From contig NC_068983.1 of assembly GCF_001194135.2 (NCBI RefSeq), positions 59,330,893 to 59,382,294 on the forward strand: a stretch of 51,402 bases of DNA, written 5' to 3'. Of this stretch, positions 1-12,094 are shown one piece after another (position 1 is the stretch's first letter; each line of letters opens with the position of its first letter). The DNA is from Octopus bimaculoides. Lineage: Eukaryota. A program made the position numbers and the translations under genes. The notes under the pieces were generated by a model. The model was not told the origin of the DNA and ran no database searches. It saw nothing but the letters and a program-made list of their open reading frames with translations.

Positions 1-187
1 GACACGTAAAAGCACCCACTACACTCTCTGAGTGGTTGGCGTTAGGAAGGGCATCCAGCTGTAGAAACTCTGCCAAATCGGACTGGAGCCTGGTGTTGCC
101 ATCCGGTTTTCACCAGTCCTCAGTCAAATCGTCCAACCCATGCTAGCATGGAAAGCGGACGTTAAACGATGATGATGATGATGATGA
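1..187 (+). mobile_element. Family A non-autonomous retroelement (RTE-type tail), cut by window start
   Basis: Core GTGGTTGGCGTTAGGAAGGGCATCCAGCTGTAGAAAC and tail AACCCATGCTAGCATGGAAAGCGGACGTTAAAC(GAT)n recur at least 10 times in the window. Confidence 0.85.
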
Positions 188-731
188 TATATATAAATAT
201 ACAATGGGCTTCTCTTCAGTATCTGTCTAGAAATTCCACTCACAAGTCTTTAGTCAGACGATAGCAGAAAACAGATGATAAATGATTATGATGGTCATAT
301 CAGTCTTATTTAAAAAGGAAATAGAGCATCCAGCTGTGAAGCAATGCTCCAGTATGAACTAAACTATGATGGTTAAAACAGAGTAAAGAACTTTTAAATT
401 CATTCAAGGAGAATAATGATGCAGAGAAATTGCTTAAATTGAAAATGGACAAAGATTCTTCAACTATATGCATTAATAGGATTTTACATGTATTGGGAGT
501 AGATAATAGGGACTTGGTTATGTGGATGTTGATAGATGAAACTCTATTGTAGTGGTTAGGCATATGAGTGTTGATAGATAAATGTAGATTACAGTGTTTA
601 GATATATGAATGTAGATAGAAAAGTCACTTCCAACGAGGTTTTGATAGATGAGAATTTAAATTAAGAGAGAGAATAAAGGTCTTAAAGGAAGTGATTGCC
701 AGGAGCGTAAATGAAATACACACATGCACGA

Positions 732-734
<3 letters not shown>

Positions 735-774
<40 letters not shown>

Positions 775-1681
775 NNNNNNNNNNNNNNNNNNNNNNNNNN
801 NNNNNNNNNNNNNNNNNNNNNNNNNNNNNNNNNNNNNNNNNNNNNNNNNNNNNNNNNNNNNNNNNNNNNNNNNNNNNNNNNNNNNNNNNNNNNNNNNNNN
901 NNNNNNNNNNNNNNNNNNNNNNNNNNNNNNNNNNNNNNNNNNNNNNNNNNNNNNNNNNNNNNNNNNNNNNNNNNNNNNNNNNNNNNNNNNNNNNNNNNNN
1001 NNNNNNNNNNNNNNNNNNNNNNNNNNNNNNNNNNNNNNNNNNNNNNNNNNNNNNNNNNNNNNNNNNNNNNNNNNNNNNNNNNNNNNNNNNNNNNNNNNNN
1101 NNNNNNNNNNNNNNNNNNNNNNNNNNNNNNNNNNNNNNNNNNNNNNNNNNNNNNNNNNNNNNNNNNNNNNNNNNNNNNNNNNNNNNNNNNNNNNNNNNNN
1201 NNNNNNNNNNNNNNNNNNNNNNNNNNNNNNNNNNNNNNNNNNNNNNNNNNNNNNNNNNNNNNNNNNNNNNNNNNNNNNNNNNNNNNNNNNNNNNNNNNNN
1301 NNNNNNNNNNNNNNNNNNNNNNNNNNNNNNNNNNNNNNNNNNNNNNNNNNNNNNNNNNNNNNNNNNNNNNNNNNNNNNNNNNNNNNNNNNNNNNNNNNNN
1401 NNNNNNNNNNNNNNNNNNNNNNNNNNNNNNNNNNNNNNNNNNNNNNNNNNNNNNNNNNNNNNNNNNNNNNNNNNNNNNNNNNNNNNNNNNNNNNNNNTAT
1501 ATATATATATATATATATACATATATATGTGTTTATATATGTGTGTATATATATATGTGTGTATATATATGTGTGTATATATATGTGTGTGTATATATGT
1601 ATATATATATAACACATACACACACACACACATCCACACACACACACACACATCCACACACACACACACACATATATACAT
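735..1681. repeat. (TA)n/(TG)n/(CA)n microsatellite spanning assembly gap 775-1497
   Basis: Dinucleotide runs on both sides of the N block. Confidence 0.95.
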
Positions 1682-1909
1682 AGGGTAGGAAGAGATGAAT
1701 AAGAAAAAGAAAATTGAAATTTTGAAAGATTTAAGGACAGATTCAATCTCTAAGCTTTCAAAAGTTAAGGACCTAGAATAATAAATAACCCTTTTGAAGA
1801 AATAAGGAATCGAAAAATAATATTGGAAGAAATAATGATTAAAGCTAGAAAAGTAAGAAACAAGTTGTCATTTACTGAAAATGAAAGAGGCTGGAACTGT
1901 GTGAAAGAC

Positions 1910-2679
1910 NNNNNNNNNNNNNNNNNNNNNNNNNNNNNNNNNNNNNNNNNNNNNNNNNNNNNNNNNNNNNNNNNNNNNNNNNNNNNNNNNNNNNNNNNNN
2001 NNNNNNNNNNNNNNNNNNNNNNNNNNNNNNNNNNNNNNNNNNNNNNNNNNNNNNNNNNNNNNNNNNNNNNNNNNNNNNNNNNNNNNNNNNNNNNNNNNNN
2101 NNNNNNNNNNNNNNNNNNNNNNNNNNNNNNNNNNNNNNNNNNNNNNNNNNNNNNNNNNNNNNNNNNNNNNNNNNNNNNNNNNNNNNNNNNNNNNNNNNNN
2201 NNNNNNNNNNNNNNNNNNNNNNNNNNNNNNNNNNNNNNNNNNNNNNNNNNNNNNNNNNNNNNNNNNNNNNNNNNNNNNNNNNNNNNNNNNNNNNNNNNNN
2301 NNNNNNNNNNNNNNNNNNNNNNNNNNNNNNNNNNNNNNNNNNNNNNNNNNNNNNNNNNNNNNNNNNNNNNNNNNNNNNNNNNNNNNNNNNNNNNNNNNNN
2401 NNNNNNNNNNNNNNNNNNNNNNNNNNNNNNNNNNNNNNNNNNNNNNNNNNNNNNNNNNNNNNNNNNNNNNNNNNNNNNNNNNNNNNNNNNNNNNNNNNNN
2501 NNNNNNNNNNNNNNNNNNNNNNNNNNNNNNNNNNNNNNNNNNNNNNNNNNNNNNNNNNNNNNNNNNNNNNNNNNNNNNNNNNNNNNNNNNNNNNNNNNNN
2601 NNNNNNNNNNNNNNNNNNNNNNNNNNNNNNNNNNNNNNNNNNNNNNNNNNNNNNNNNNNNNNNNNNNNNNNNNNNNNNN
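1910..2679. other. Assembly gap (N run), followed by (GT)n
   Basis: Ns in sequence. Confidence 1.
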
Positions 2680-2710
<31 letters not shown>

Positions 2711-2712
<2 letters not shown>

Positions 2713-2940
2713 TGAGCTGGCAGACTCGTTAGCACACCGGGTGAAATGCATGGTGGTATTTCATCTGCCGTTACATTCTGAGTTCAAATTCCACCAAGGT
2801 TGACTTTGCCTTTCATCCTTTCAGGGTCAATTAATTAAGTAGCAGTTATGCACTGGGGCCGATGTAATCGACTTATTTCCTTTGTCTCTGCTTGTTTGTC
2901 CCATCTATGTTTAGCCCCCTGTGGGCAATAAAAAAATAAA
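2711..2940 (+). mobile_element. tRNA-derived SINE, family C, near full length
   Basis: A-box-like TGGCAGACTCGTT, B-box GAGTTCAAATTCC, core GACTTTGCCTTTCATCCTTTC, A-rich tail. Confidence 0.85.
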
Positions 2941-3365
2941 TATTAAATCTCTTCTCTGCAATATTCTCCCAATGTCCCCTCCTCTTACCTCTGCCCACTC
3001 ATTACATCCCCCCTCCATCTGCCATTTACCAACCTTGTCAAACCAATGACTCAGTCACACCCTCCAATCCCCCCCTTTCCACTGTTCACTCAGCCTTGCC
3101 TCATCCTTGATACATCTTCAACATCTCTCCCTCTCTCTCTCTCTCTCACCTCACCTGAAGTAGCCATGTTTCTTTTCTATGCAAGACATCTTTTCTGCTC
3201 CTCAATACTACTCCCTGTTCAGTTAAGGAGTTTTGTCATGTTTTTTTTCCTTGCAAGTTATTAATTAACCTCACTGCAGCACTCATTTACAACTATTATG
3301 TGATGTCAAAGCAAGGAGACACATATATACACACATATATATACACACATATATATAAACATATG

Positions 3366-3513
3366 TGACGTCTTCAGTTTCTGTCCACCAAATCCACTCA
3401 CTAGGCTTCGGTTGGGCCTGGGCTATAACAGAAGACATTTCACCAAGGTGCTATGCAATGAGACTGAACTTGAAACCATATGATTGGGAAGTAAACTTCT
3501 TAACCACACAGCC
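3366..3513 (-). mobile_element. tRNA-derived SINE, family B, 5' half
   Basis: Reverse complement matches the family B head (GGCTGTGTGGTTAAGAAG...GGTTTCAAGTTCAGTC...GGATTTGGTGGACAGAAACTGAAGA). Confidence 0.8.
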
Positions 3514-3540
3514 TCACTAGCTTGTAATATATATAAATAA

Positions 3541-3920
3541 GGTACAGGAATGGGTGTGTGGCAAGAAGTTTGCTTCCCAGCCACATGGTTCCAGGTTCAG
3601 TCATAACGCATGACAGCTAGGTCAATTGTCTTCTGCTATGGCCTCGGGCTAACCACAGCTTTGTGAAAGGATTTGGTAGATGAAAACTAAAAGAAAACCA
3701 TCATGTATGCGTGTGTGTTTTTATGTGTGTGTGTTCGTCTCCCATGAACACTGATCAATCAGTATTGTGTGTTTATGACCTTGTAACTTAGCAGTTCAGT
3801 AAAAGAGACTGATAGAATAGGTACCAGAAAAATCAAGTACTGAGATTGATTTGTTCAACTAAAATTCTTCAAGTCAGTGCTACAGCATGGCTTCAGTCTA
3901 ACGATTGAAACAAATAAAAG
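3541..3920 (+). mobile_element. tRNA-derived SINE, family B, full length
   Basis: Head, internal (TG)n, GATAGAATAGGTACC and CAGCATGG...GAAACAAATAAAAGA tail. Confidence 0.85.
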
Positions 3921-5394
3921 ATGTTTGTGTATGTGCGTATCTGTGTGAACACGCACACATGCACATATACGTATACTAAATTTGAAATACCAACATAATT
4001 TAAGCAGATACTGCACTTAATAAAACAGATGTAGATGTAGTTCTTCAGAAATAACTTAGTAAAAATAAAATATACAGTCATAAGAAATGTAACACATCAC
4101 AAAACTCAGTAATTGTCAAACAAAATTTCATTATTTACTCACAAAACAGGTTTATGGTTCACTGGTTCCTTTAATATATCTGATACGAGTTTTAAAATTT
4201 TTATTTTAATAGAATTTACTATGAAAATATTCAATTTAGACAGCTGAGCTAGAAGAATACTGGACTTAATATTTAATTGTATCTAGTTAGGTAACTCATG
4301 ATATTAAATTTAAATTCTACAAGAGATGATAAATATATGTACAATAATATTGTGCTGATTCAGTTAATTAACTATAATATAATTGAATTAGTTTATTGTC
4401 ATATTGTAGTAACCACATACATTTACTGAATTTTCGCTTGTTAGAAGTTAAATGTTAAAAACATGTTTATCTAAATGGTTTGGTTTCTGTTGAAATGTGT
4501 GTGTGAATTGTGTATGTATGTGTTTCTTTCGAAACAACATGATGTCAGTTATTGTGAAAAATTAACATTAGAAAAGATAGAAATTTGTTTCCATTGCCGG
4601 TTTTTGAAAATGAGTCGTTTTATGTGAAAAATAATCTAATCTAATTACTGTAGATTTATGTGCTACTTGTTGCAGTTTAATTTTAAAGTTAGTGTTTAAT
4701 CCTGCCTATATTTGATTGAATACCGTTGTACAAAGGGTAAATATGTTTGAAAGTTGTGTGTTTTGTTTTTTGGTATGTTTGTTCCCAAACAGCACTTCTT
4801 TTAGTGCTGTTGACACTGCCAGATTGAGTGGTACTGCCCAGGTGTCGAAACCATAATGATATCCATGGGGCAGCTGATGATGGAGGTATGTTGGATTGTT
4901 GGTGTGGCTGTTTGTGTATATGTGGAACAGTGTTATAACACATCCTTTTGATATTTGTCTACTTATGTTCATTAAGGAAATTTCGCTACTCCTCTTAATT
5001 CTGTTAATAACCTCTTGGCAGCTTCTAAGACAAGTTTAGTGAAACTTGTTAGTTCATTCCCACAAACTTGAACATGAAGCACATTTTCACTACTTGGTTT
5101 ATTTTATGTTAAACATTATAACCTACCAAAACATTTATTCATAAACACACTGTATTAACACTCAAGTTATTAATGCAACACCCCAGCTATCAGCCTTTGT
5201 TTGTCGTTAATGTCCACAAAGTTGTCTTCCTTGCTGGGACAGTGTTGTCTTTGACTGAAAAGTCTGATACATGAACGGCAATCCTTGCCACATTTGTGGC
5301 CTGTCTCAGAACTGTCTGAGTTGCATTTGACTCAATCTATCATACCTAAAACTTGTACCATCATATATATGTGCATGTGTTTGTGTGTGTGTGA

Positions 5395-5690
5395 GGGCAC
5401 ATGGCTTAGTGGTTAGGGTGTTGCACTCGTGATCTAGCGATCATGTTTCAATTCCTAGAGCGGGTGGTGCATTGTGTTCTTGAGCAAAATGCTTCATCTC
5501 ACATTGATTTGCAATCACTTCGACACCTGATGTGTGGTACACTGTGTGCTTGTTCAGACAACATCAATTTGATGGAGGGAGTGAACCAATGTGTCGTACA
5601 AACATTTAATCAATATAAATAAATCATTTGTGAAGATCATTCAGCAAAAGCTGAATGCTCAGACACCATCTTTAATAGAAGAGTCCATCA
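5395..5690 (+). mobile_element. tRNA-derived SINE, family E
   Basis: A-box TGGCTTAGTGG, B-box-like GTTTCAATTCC, core GTGTTCTTGAGCAAAATGCTTCATCTCAC shared with 6680, 7790, 25262 and 42362. Confidence 0.75.
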
Positions 5691-5948
5691 TATATATATT
5701 GTTTACGGACACATTCACTTACTTTCTTCCAAAGAATCTTGTGCACTTAGCTTAGATTTTCTTGGGGCGAGCCAGACTGGAGCAGCCTTTAGTGTAACCG
5801 GCCAAAACTGCAATGATGATCTGCAACACGACTGATGATAGAAAGCTTTGAATGACCCTTCCTTGTTTTTTCTTGTCCTTTATTGTATCATCTAACTGTC
5901 CAGATGTTTTGTTGTTACCTGTTATGTTCTTGCTCCATTTTTTGTTTT

Positions 5949-6003
<55 letters not shown>

Positions 6004-6679
6004 CCTGACATTGTCTGTCACAATGCACTTCCAATTCATTGCACATTTTTTTTCATCTTAGTCCAAATTGTTTAAATCATCTTCTCATCATCATAGCAGG
6101 TTTTCTGAGTGGCCTTTTCCAATCACCTGCACACCACTTGCCGTGAACCTTGTGGCATGTTGAGGCCAATGCAACTTGTGTCTTCAATATTCAATAATCA
6201 CATTGTTCCCTCCTCTCCATTCTCAAATTGCTCTATTTTGGATATCCACTTACATTAATATTCCTACACATGCGCATGCACACACACACATACACACACA
6301 TACACATTAGTGAGAGTGTATTTTTAAGTAGTATTACTTCCCACAGAATAATTTTGCAAAGTGAAAACAAGTCAAAACATTAGGCAGAGTAATTATTTAT
6401 ATTACTTGCTGTAATGCCAGCTACTTTACATTCCTAATATTTGAGGCCCAAAGGCCATCTTCAGACGGAGATGAGTAATAGAAGTAATTGTGATATTACA
6501 AGTTGTTTTAAACCTTGTGACACATCATGTTGCAGACTTCCACTTGTTTATATCTGGAGTGGTGGTGTGTTAACCTCTGCCACAATGGTAATTTGCATCC
6601 AGTATCCTAATCTAAAATAGATACTCAACTAAAATTGTCTAAATTTTTTTCCGTTTCTACAATTGCTAGTGGTGAAGAC

Positions 6680-6800
6680 ACTTGGTTAGGGTATAGAGTT
6701 TGTGATCATAAGGTTGTGGGTTGAATTCTTGAACTTTACAGCACATGTTCTTGAGCAAGGTACATCATCTCACATCACTCCAGTTTACTCTAAGTCAAGC
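6680..6800 (+). mobile_element. Family E SINE fragment
   Basis: GGTTGAATTC...TGTTCTTGAGCAAGGTACATCATCTCAC. Confidence 0.6.
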
Positions 6801-7209
6801 ACTGGTGCAACATTCTCACACTCAAGCTGTCATATCATTGCTTGCTTACTCATAAACACTGCTCGATTGTCAAAATTTCCTATTTGTTGCTTGTTGTATA
6901 AAATGTAAACAGAAATAAAAACAATTTAAAACTATGTATTTTTATCTATAAAATGTTTCTTTATTTCAGTATTGTTTTCTCTTCTTTTACTTAATTCTTT
7001 CTTGAATATATTTTCCAATGAAACAAAATATTACTTATTCCGGGCATAAAACAATAGGTTATGCTCTAGTTCTTTTACAATTACTTCAATAAGTCTTGGT
7101 AAGTTAACATTATTGTCATGAATATCAATTATATCTCTTGAATCAGGAATTTTGAAGGTTTTAATCTGAGTGAAATAACAGCAGAATAGCACTGCTTCCT
7201 TTTTTGTTT

Positions 7210-7620
7210 GCCTGGCTGTGTGGTAAGTAGCTTGCTTACCAACCACATGGTTGCGGGTTCAGTCCCACTGCGTGGCACCTTGGGCAAGTGTCTTCTTGCT
7301 ATAACCTCGAGCCAACCAAAGCCTTGTGAGTGGATTTGGTAGATGGAAACTGAAAGAAGCCCATCGTATATGTGCGTGTGTGTGTGTGTGTGTGTGTATT
7401 TGTGTGTCTGTTTGTCTCACACACACACACACACACCACCATCGCTTGACAACCAATGTTAACATCTCTACATCCCCGTGACTTAGTGGTTCAGCAAAAG
7501 AAACAGATAGAATAAGTACTAGGCTTACAAAGAATAAGCCCTGGGGTCGGTTTGTTCGAGTAAAGGCAGTGCTCCAGCATGGCCGCGTCAAATGACTGAA
7601 ATAAGAGAATATAAAAGAAC
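7210..7620 (+). mobile_element. Family B SINE, full length, well preserved
   Basis: TGGCTGTGTGG A-box, GGGTTCAGTCCC B-box, CCTTGGGCAAGTGTCTTC core, internal (TG)n/(CA)n, tail CAGCATGGCCGCGTCAAATGACTGAAA. Confidence 0.9.
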
Positions 7621-7625
7621 ATTCA

Positions 7626-7780
7626 GATCATGGCTGTATGGTTAACAAGGTTGCTTCACAACCACAAGTTTTGGGTTTAGTCCCACAGCATGGAACCTCC
7701 GTCAAGTATCTTCTGACATAGCCCCAGGCTAGCCAATACTCTGTGAGTGAAAATATTACATGGAAACTGAAAGAAAGTTA
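7626..7780 (+). mobile_element. Family B SINE 5' half, tandem to the previous copy
   Basis: TGGCTGTATGGTTAACAAGG...GGTTTAGTCCCAC...GGAAACTGAAAGAA. Confidence 0.7.
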
Positions 7781-7789
7781 TATATGTGA

Positions 7790-7905
7790 TGAAGGCACAT
7801 GAATTACTGGTTAAGGTGTTGCACTTATGATTGCAAGATCATGGTTTCGATTTCCAGACTAACTGTACATTGATTCCTTGAGCAAAATACTTCATTTCAC
7901 TTTGA
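7790..7905 (+). mobile_element. Family E SINE 5' fragment
   Basis: GGTTAAGGTGTTGCAC...GGTTTCGATTTCC...CCTTGAGCAAAATACTTCATTTCAC. Confidence 0.65.
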
Positions 7906-8247
7906 TCTGACACACACATACTTATCCAGCCACACACATACATAAACAGCAACAACCACACACGACTCGATGTGTGTGTGTACATACACACACACACACA
8001 CACGTGTGTTTATAGGCATTACTGTATAGACAAGAAGCTCACTTCCCAATCACATGGTTCCAGGTTCAATCCTACTGAACAGCACTTATAGCAACTGTCT
8101 TGAACTATAGTACCAAGACAACCAATGTTGAAACTTTCAGGGATGTTTAGCCTCATGACTGGCACAAGCTGATTAGATTTTGAGATTGTTAATTTTTCAT
8201 TACTAGAATTTATACTGTTATTGTTTTTACAATTTACACCAGATTGA

Positions 8248-8463
8248 AGGTGGTGAGCTGGTAGAAATCGTAGCATGCCAGGTGAAATACTTAGTAGTAT
8301 TTTGTCCGTTTTTACATTCTGAGTTCAAATTCCACTGAGGTCGACTTTGCCTTTCATCCTTTCAGGAGTCAATAAATTAAGTACCAGTTGTGTACTGAGG
8401 TCAATCTAATTGACTGGACCCCCTCCCCAAAAATTTTGGGCCTTGTGCCTAAAGTAGAAAAGA
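8248..8463 (+). mobile_element. Family C SINE
   Basis: GGTGGTGAGCTGGTAGAAATCG...GAGTTCAAATTCC...GACTTTGCCTTTCATCCTTTC...GGCCTTGTGCC. Confidence 0.85.
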
Positions 8464-9449
8464 ATATATTTGCACCAGATTGAAAGTGTGATGACTGTAA
8501 CAGCATACAAATATAAATTGCATGATAATCAAACTTACAGTTCTGTGTTCAAACTATCATTTTTCTCTTGGCCTTATGTTTTTATGGTTTATTTTGTTTT
8601 TTTAATCAACTAAATTAGTACCAACATTCTTCTATTATTTCTTTTATAAATCAAAGAAGGTTTGCAATGGGAAATTTATTCCTGAAAGATTATGAAAGAC
8701 ACTAAATTCCTCATGAATTATGCAAAGCCATTTGTTTGTTTCTATGAGAAAATATGGAAATAATAAATAGCTCAATACTTCTATAAATCCAAAATTTCAT
8801 AGAAAAAGAAACAAAAAACATTGCAATAAAAATAAATAGCAAATACAAAAATAAGCCTGTAATATGAATTATTAATATAGGGTTGGAGTGGCAGAAATAA
8901 AGTATAGGATTATCTTAGCATATTTAGCATTCTTCATACGGTCGACTTTGTTTTTAATTCCTCTGTGGTTAAACTATAAGCACCACCTGTTATATATGAG
9001 GAGCAGTAGCTTTCATAGTGTCTCTTCCTCTGGAAATTATTTTTGGCTTTGTGCCAATCAAAGAAATCATAATTAATAATATTAGTTTTGGTGCAACACT
9101 AAGTTCCTGCTCTATTGAATAATGTAGTTCTTCCAATTCCCAATAGGAATTCTTCCATTCATTGTACTAATGTTATTTGAGGGGACAAAAATAAAAATTA
9201 AAAAAAAAAACATCTTCCCTAGAATGCATGTTATCCATGCTTAATCTAGAAATTCTCACCATTTTTGTGCATGGAAGTGTTTCGCTGTGTTGCTTGATAC
9301 TTTCAAACAGGTTGTGTCAGCCATGGAGTTTCAATTCCCAGTTAAAACTGCTTCACTTAATTTACTAATCGAACTAGTAAAAACAGCATCTCAACTTCTT
9401 AAGCTTTTTGAGTGAACCATTTATCTTATTAAAGAAACAAAGACAGTGA

Positions 9450-9728
9450 CTGGTAGGCTTGCTAGAGTGTCAGAATTACTAGAATGACAGAATTTCTAGA
9501 ATGACAGAATTGCTACAGTGACAGAATTGTTAGAATGACAGAATTGCTACAGTGACAGAATTGCTAGAGTGTCAGAAAATGTTTTACAGTCTTTATTCCA
9601 GCTCTTTATGATCTGAGTTCAGGTCCCACTGAAGTCAGCTATACCTTTCATCCTTTTGAGGTCAATAAGTGATGGTGCTGACTTAACCCCTCCTTTAAAA
9701 ACTGCTGGCCTTGTGCCTAAATCAGAAA
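9450..9728 (+). mobile_element. Family C SINE with expanded 17-bp minisatellite in its head
   Basis: GAGTTCAGGTCCC B-box and ACCTTTCATCCTTTTGAGGTC core follow the repeat array. Confidence 0.7.
9469..9570 (+). repeat. 17-bp minisatellite x6 (GACAGAATTGCTAGAAT)
   Basis: Six consecutive units read directly. Confidence 0.9.
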
Positions 9729-10611
9729 GAGGCCAACATACATGTGCATACGAGTACATACACATATAACAGAATAAAAGGCAGACTAACAGTTGCAAGG
9801 CATGAAGAGATTTATATCAGATTTATACAGAAGAGAGTACAAAAATATATAAACTTAGCTGAAAACCAAGAAACATCTGGAGAGTGAAAGTTCAAATTGG
9901 TTTAGCATCATCAGGTACAAATCCAAGAAATTCATACAGCAAAGTCATTAATGAGATTGAAGAGGATTTGAATAGTCCTTCATGTTGATTCAATCTAGAT
10001 GGTATGTAAAATCCATTGGATCAATAGCAAAAGCCTTGCAAGTAATGCATTGGAAAGTTCAAGTAGCCCTTTACAGCTGTTTCTGGGGTAAACAATTCAT
10101 TAGAAGTAGTTGTGTGCATTGTGTCTATATATACACATAAGGTATATTGGTGCAAGTTACCTCATATGAAACAGCACAAGTGTAACATATGTGAACTTCC
10201 AAGCCCGTCATGAAGAGAAATAAATTTATAGTATGTTGTCAACTTAATGTGACAGTCCCATGAAAGGGAAGAATGCTACTGTTATTTAGCCCTAGGAAAC
10301 ACCGTTTCCTGTTGGACTTTATGTTGCAAAAGCACAGTATATATAAACTGGTAAGTAAGCAGGTAGATAATCTAATCAAGAAGAGGAGGATATAATAATA
10401 AAATAGTCACTGTATGGTTGGCAAGGAATAAAAGATAAAGAGACAACACTAAAATAAGGGATGAGAAAATGGCATATGGGAAAGAAAGACATGAGGGAGG
10501 AGTAAAGGAAGGGAAGGAAGATGTGGAGATAAGAGGTATGAATGGAATAGCCATAATAGCAATATAATGGACAGTCAATCTAGATAAATGGTCAATCACA
10601 AAGGGTGAGAA

Positions 10612-10661
10612 TGACCCATGCAAGCATGAAAATAGGACTTTAAATGATGATGATGATGATG
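10612..10661 (+). mobile_element. Family A-type 3' tail only
   Basis: GACCCATGCAAGCATGAAAATAGGACTTTAAAT(GAT)n. Confidence 0.65.
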
Positions 10662-11229
10662 AATTTTGGCTGACCATTAACTGAGTGTATTCACTTTATT
10701 AAAAAGTAAATCAGACTAATTGAGAGGGTTTTCTTTTCTTTATAGAGGACATTAGTCTTAATAGGCCTTGCATTTATAATAGAAAGAAAGAATTTGTTCA
10801 AACTCAATTTTTGGCTTTCGGTTGAAATGGAATGTTGTAAATTTGCTATTTTATCTAATAGAATTGAGTTGATAGATCAGATGGTCATCGATTGAACAAT
10901 AATGCCAGAGATGATAATGCCCCAAAAGAGTATTTTCTAATCTAATAATGAAGTAATTATGCACACACATATACACCATACATGGCACTTGTGCCTTTAA
11001 AATATGACATAGTTGATTGTATTGTATAGTTTTTGATAATGACACTCACTCCTCTTTAAACCATTTCACTAAATTATTTTCCTCACAACCTCCCTACAAA
11101 CATTTTGTTTTTATATGTTATTGTCATTTTATTTCTGAGAGATATCAACTTTATTAATGAGAGTTTATAATCATATGTTTGACTTGCATTACAAGTGATT
11201 TATAAGTATTGTTATAATATTTGTAAAAA

Positions 11230-11450
11230 CTATTCATTTATTCTGAATTGGTTGAGCAATGGATCACCAACTTTATTCAGTTTCTCATAAAATGCTCATT
11301 TAACATGACATTATCACCAATTCCCAACAGTTCCTGATAAAATGGGTATATATTTTTAACATTAGGTCATCATTAATTTTGTATAGTTTCAATTAAAATT
11401 CATTGATAAACATCAGATCATCAACCATTTCATGTATTTTTGCAGTTCAA
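11230..11450. repeat. Degenerate ~50-bp minisatellite, array 1
   Basis: Recurring GGAT(TA)TCACCAA...CAGTTTC...ATAAAAT...ATTTAAC units. Confidence 0.55.
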
Positions 11451-11489
11451 ATGATGATTTAACTACATCGTTGGAACAAAAAAAATTCT

Positions 11490-11548
11490 TTCAACCCATG
11501 CTAGCATGGAAAGCGGACGTTAAATGATGATGATGATGATGATGATGA
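11490..11548 (+). mobile_element. Family A 3' tail (severely 5'-truncated insertion)
   Basis: AACCCATGCTAGCATGGAAAGCGGACGTTAAAT(GAT)n. Confidence 0.85.
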
Positions 11549-12094
11549 TTTGTTGTGACACTTTACATTCTGCCAAGGCCAAGTGTATCTTTCATCATTT
11601 CGGATTCAATACATAATGCCAGTCAAACATTGATGTTGAGTTATAGGAAATTTTGTTGTAAACGTTTTTACTGAGGGAAAATTCGCTATAAAAAAAATTG
11701 CTAAAAAGAAACAGAAGAAAAGAATAGTTGTTTTCTTAAAATGGCAACTTCATCAACTAACCTACAAATTAGAGAAAAGTTATTTCTTTAAAACAAGTTT
11801 TATCTAGTTGACAGTCAGCTTGTGTGACTCTCTTATGGTGAAATTTCCTACAACAAATTTTGCCATGGCAAAAATATTTAAGCCGAAACATCCTGTCATG
11901 CTGGCATTCATGTTATCAAAATTGTCCGCTCCCCTCAAAACTATTAGAATCATAAGAGGATCATAAATATACCATGCAGCAGTTGCTCCATTTCAAACCC
12001 TGCTAAGGTAAAGTTTGTCTTTTATCATTCTGGGTTCGATGATATTAAATTATCTCCTGTTTTCCAAACTGCAGATGTGACAGCAGCAATGGTG

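Noticed and set aside
683-2803. ORFs of 290-340 aa in the ORF track
   Set aside because: They are N-gaps plus dinucleotide repeats; the same applies to 48873-49630.
7210-7290. tRNA gene
   Set aside because: A and B boxes are present but there is no acceptor stem or cloverleaf, and it continues into SINE body; the same holds for the other SINE heads.
9260-9333. Minus-strand exon candidate MADTTCLKVSSNTAKHFHAQK ending at GTGAGA
   Set aside because: Only a donor and an ATG support it; the peptide is unrecognised and no partner exon was found.
9469-9570. CRISPR-like array
   Set aside because: Contiguous tandem units with no unique spacers, in eukaryotic context with no cas genes; the ~50-bp array at 13.4-14.0 kb fails for the same reasons.
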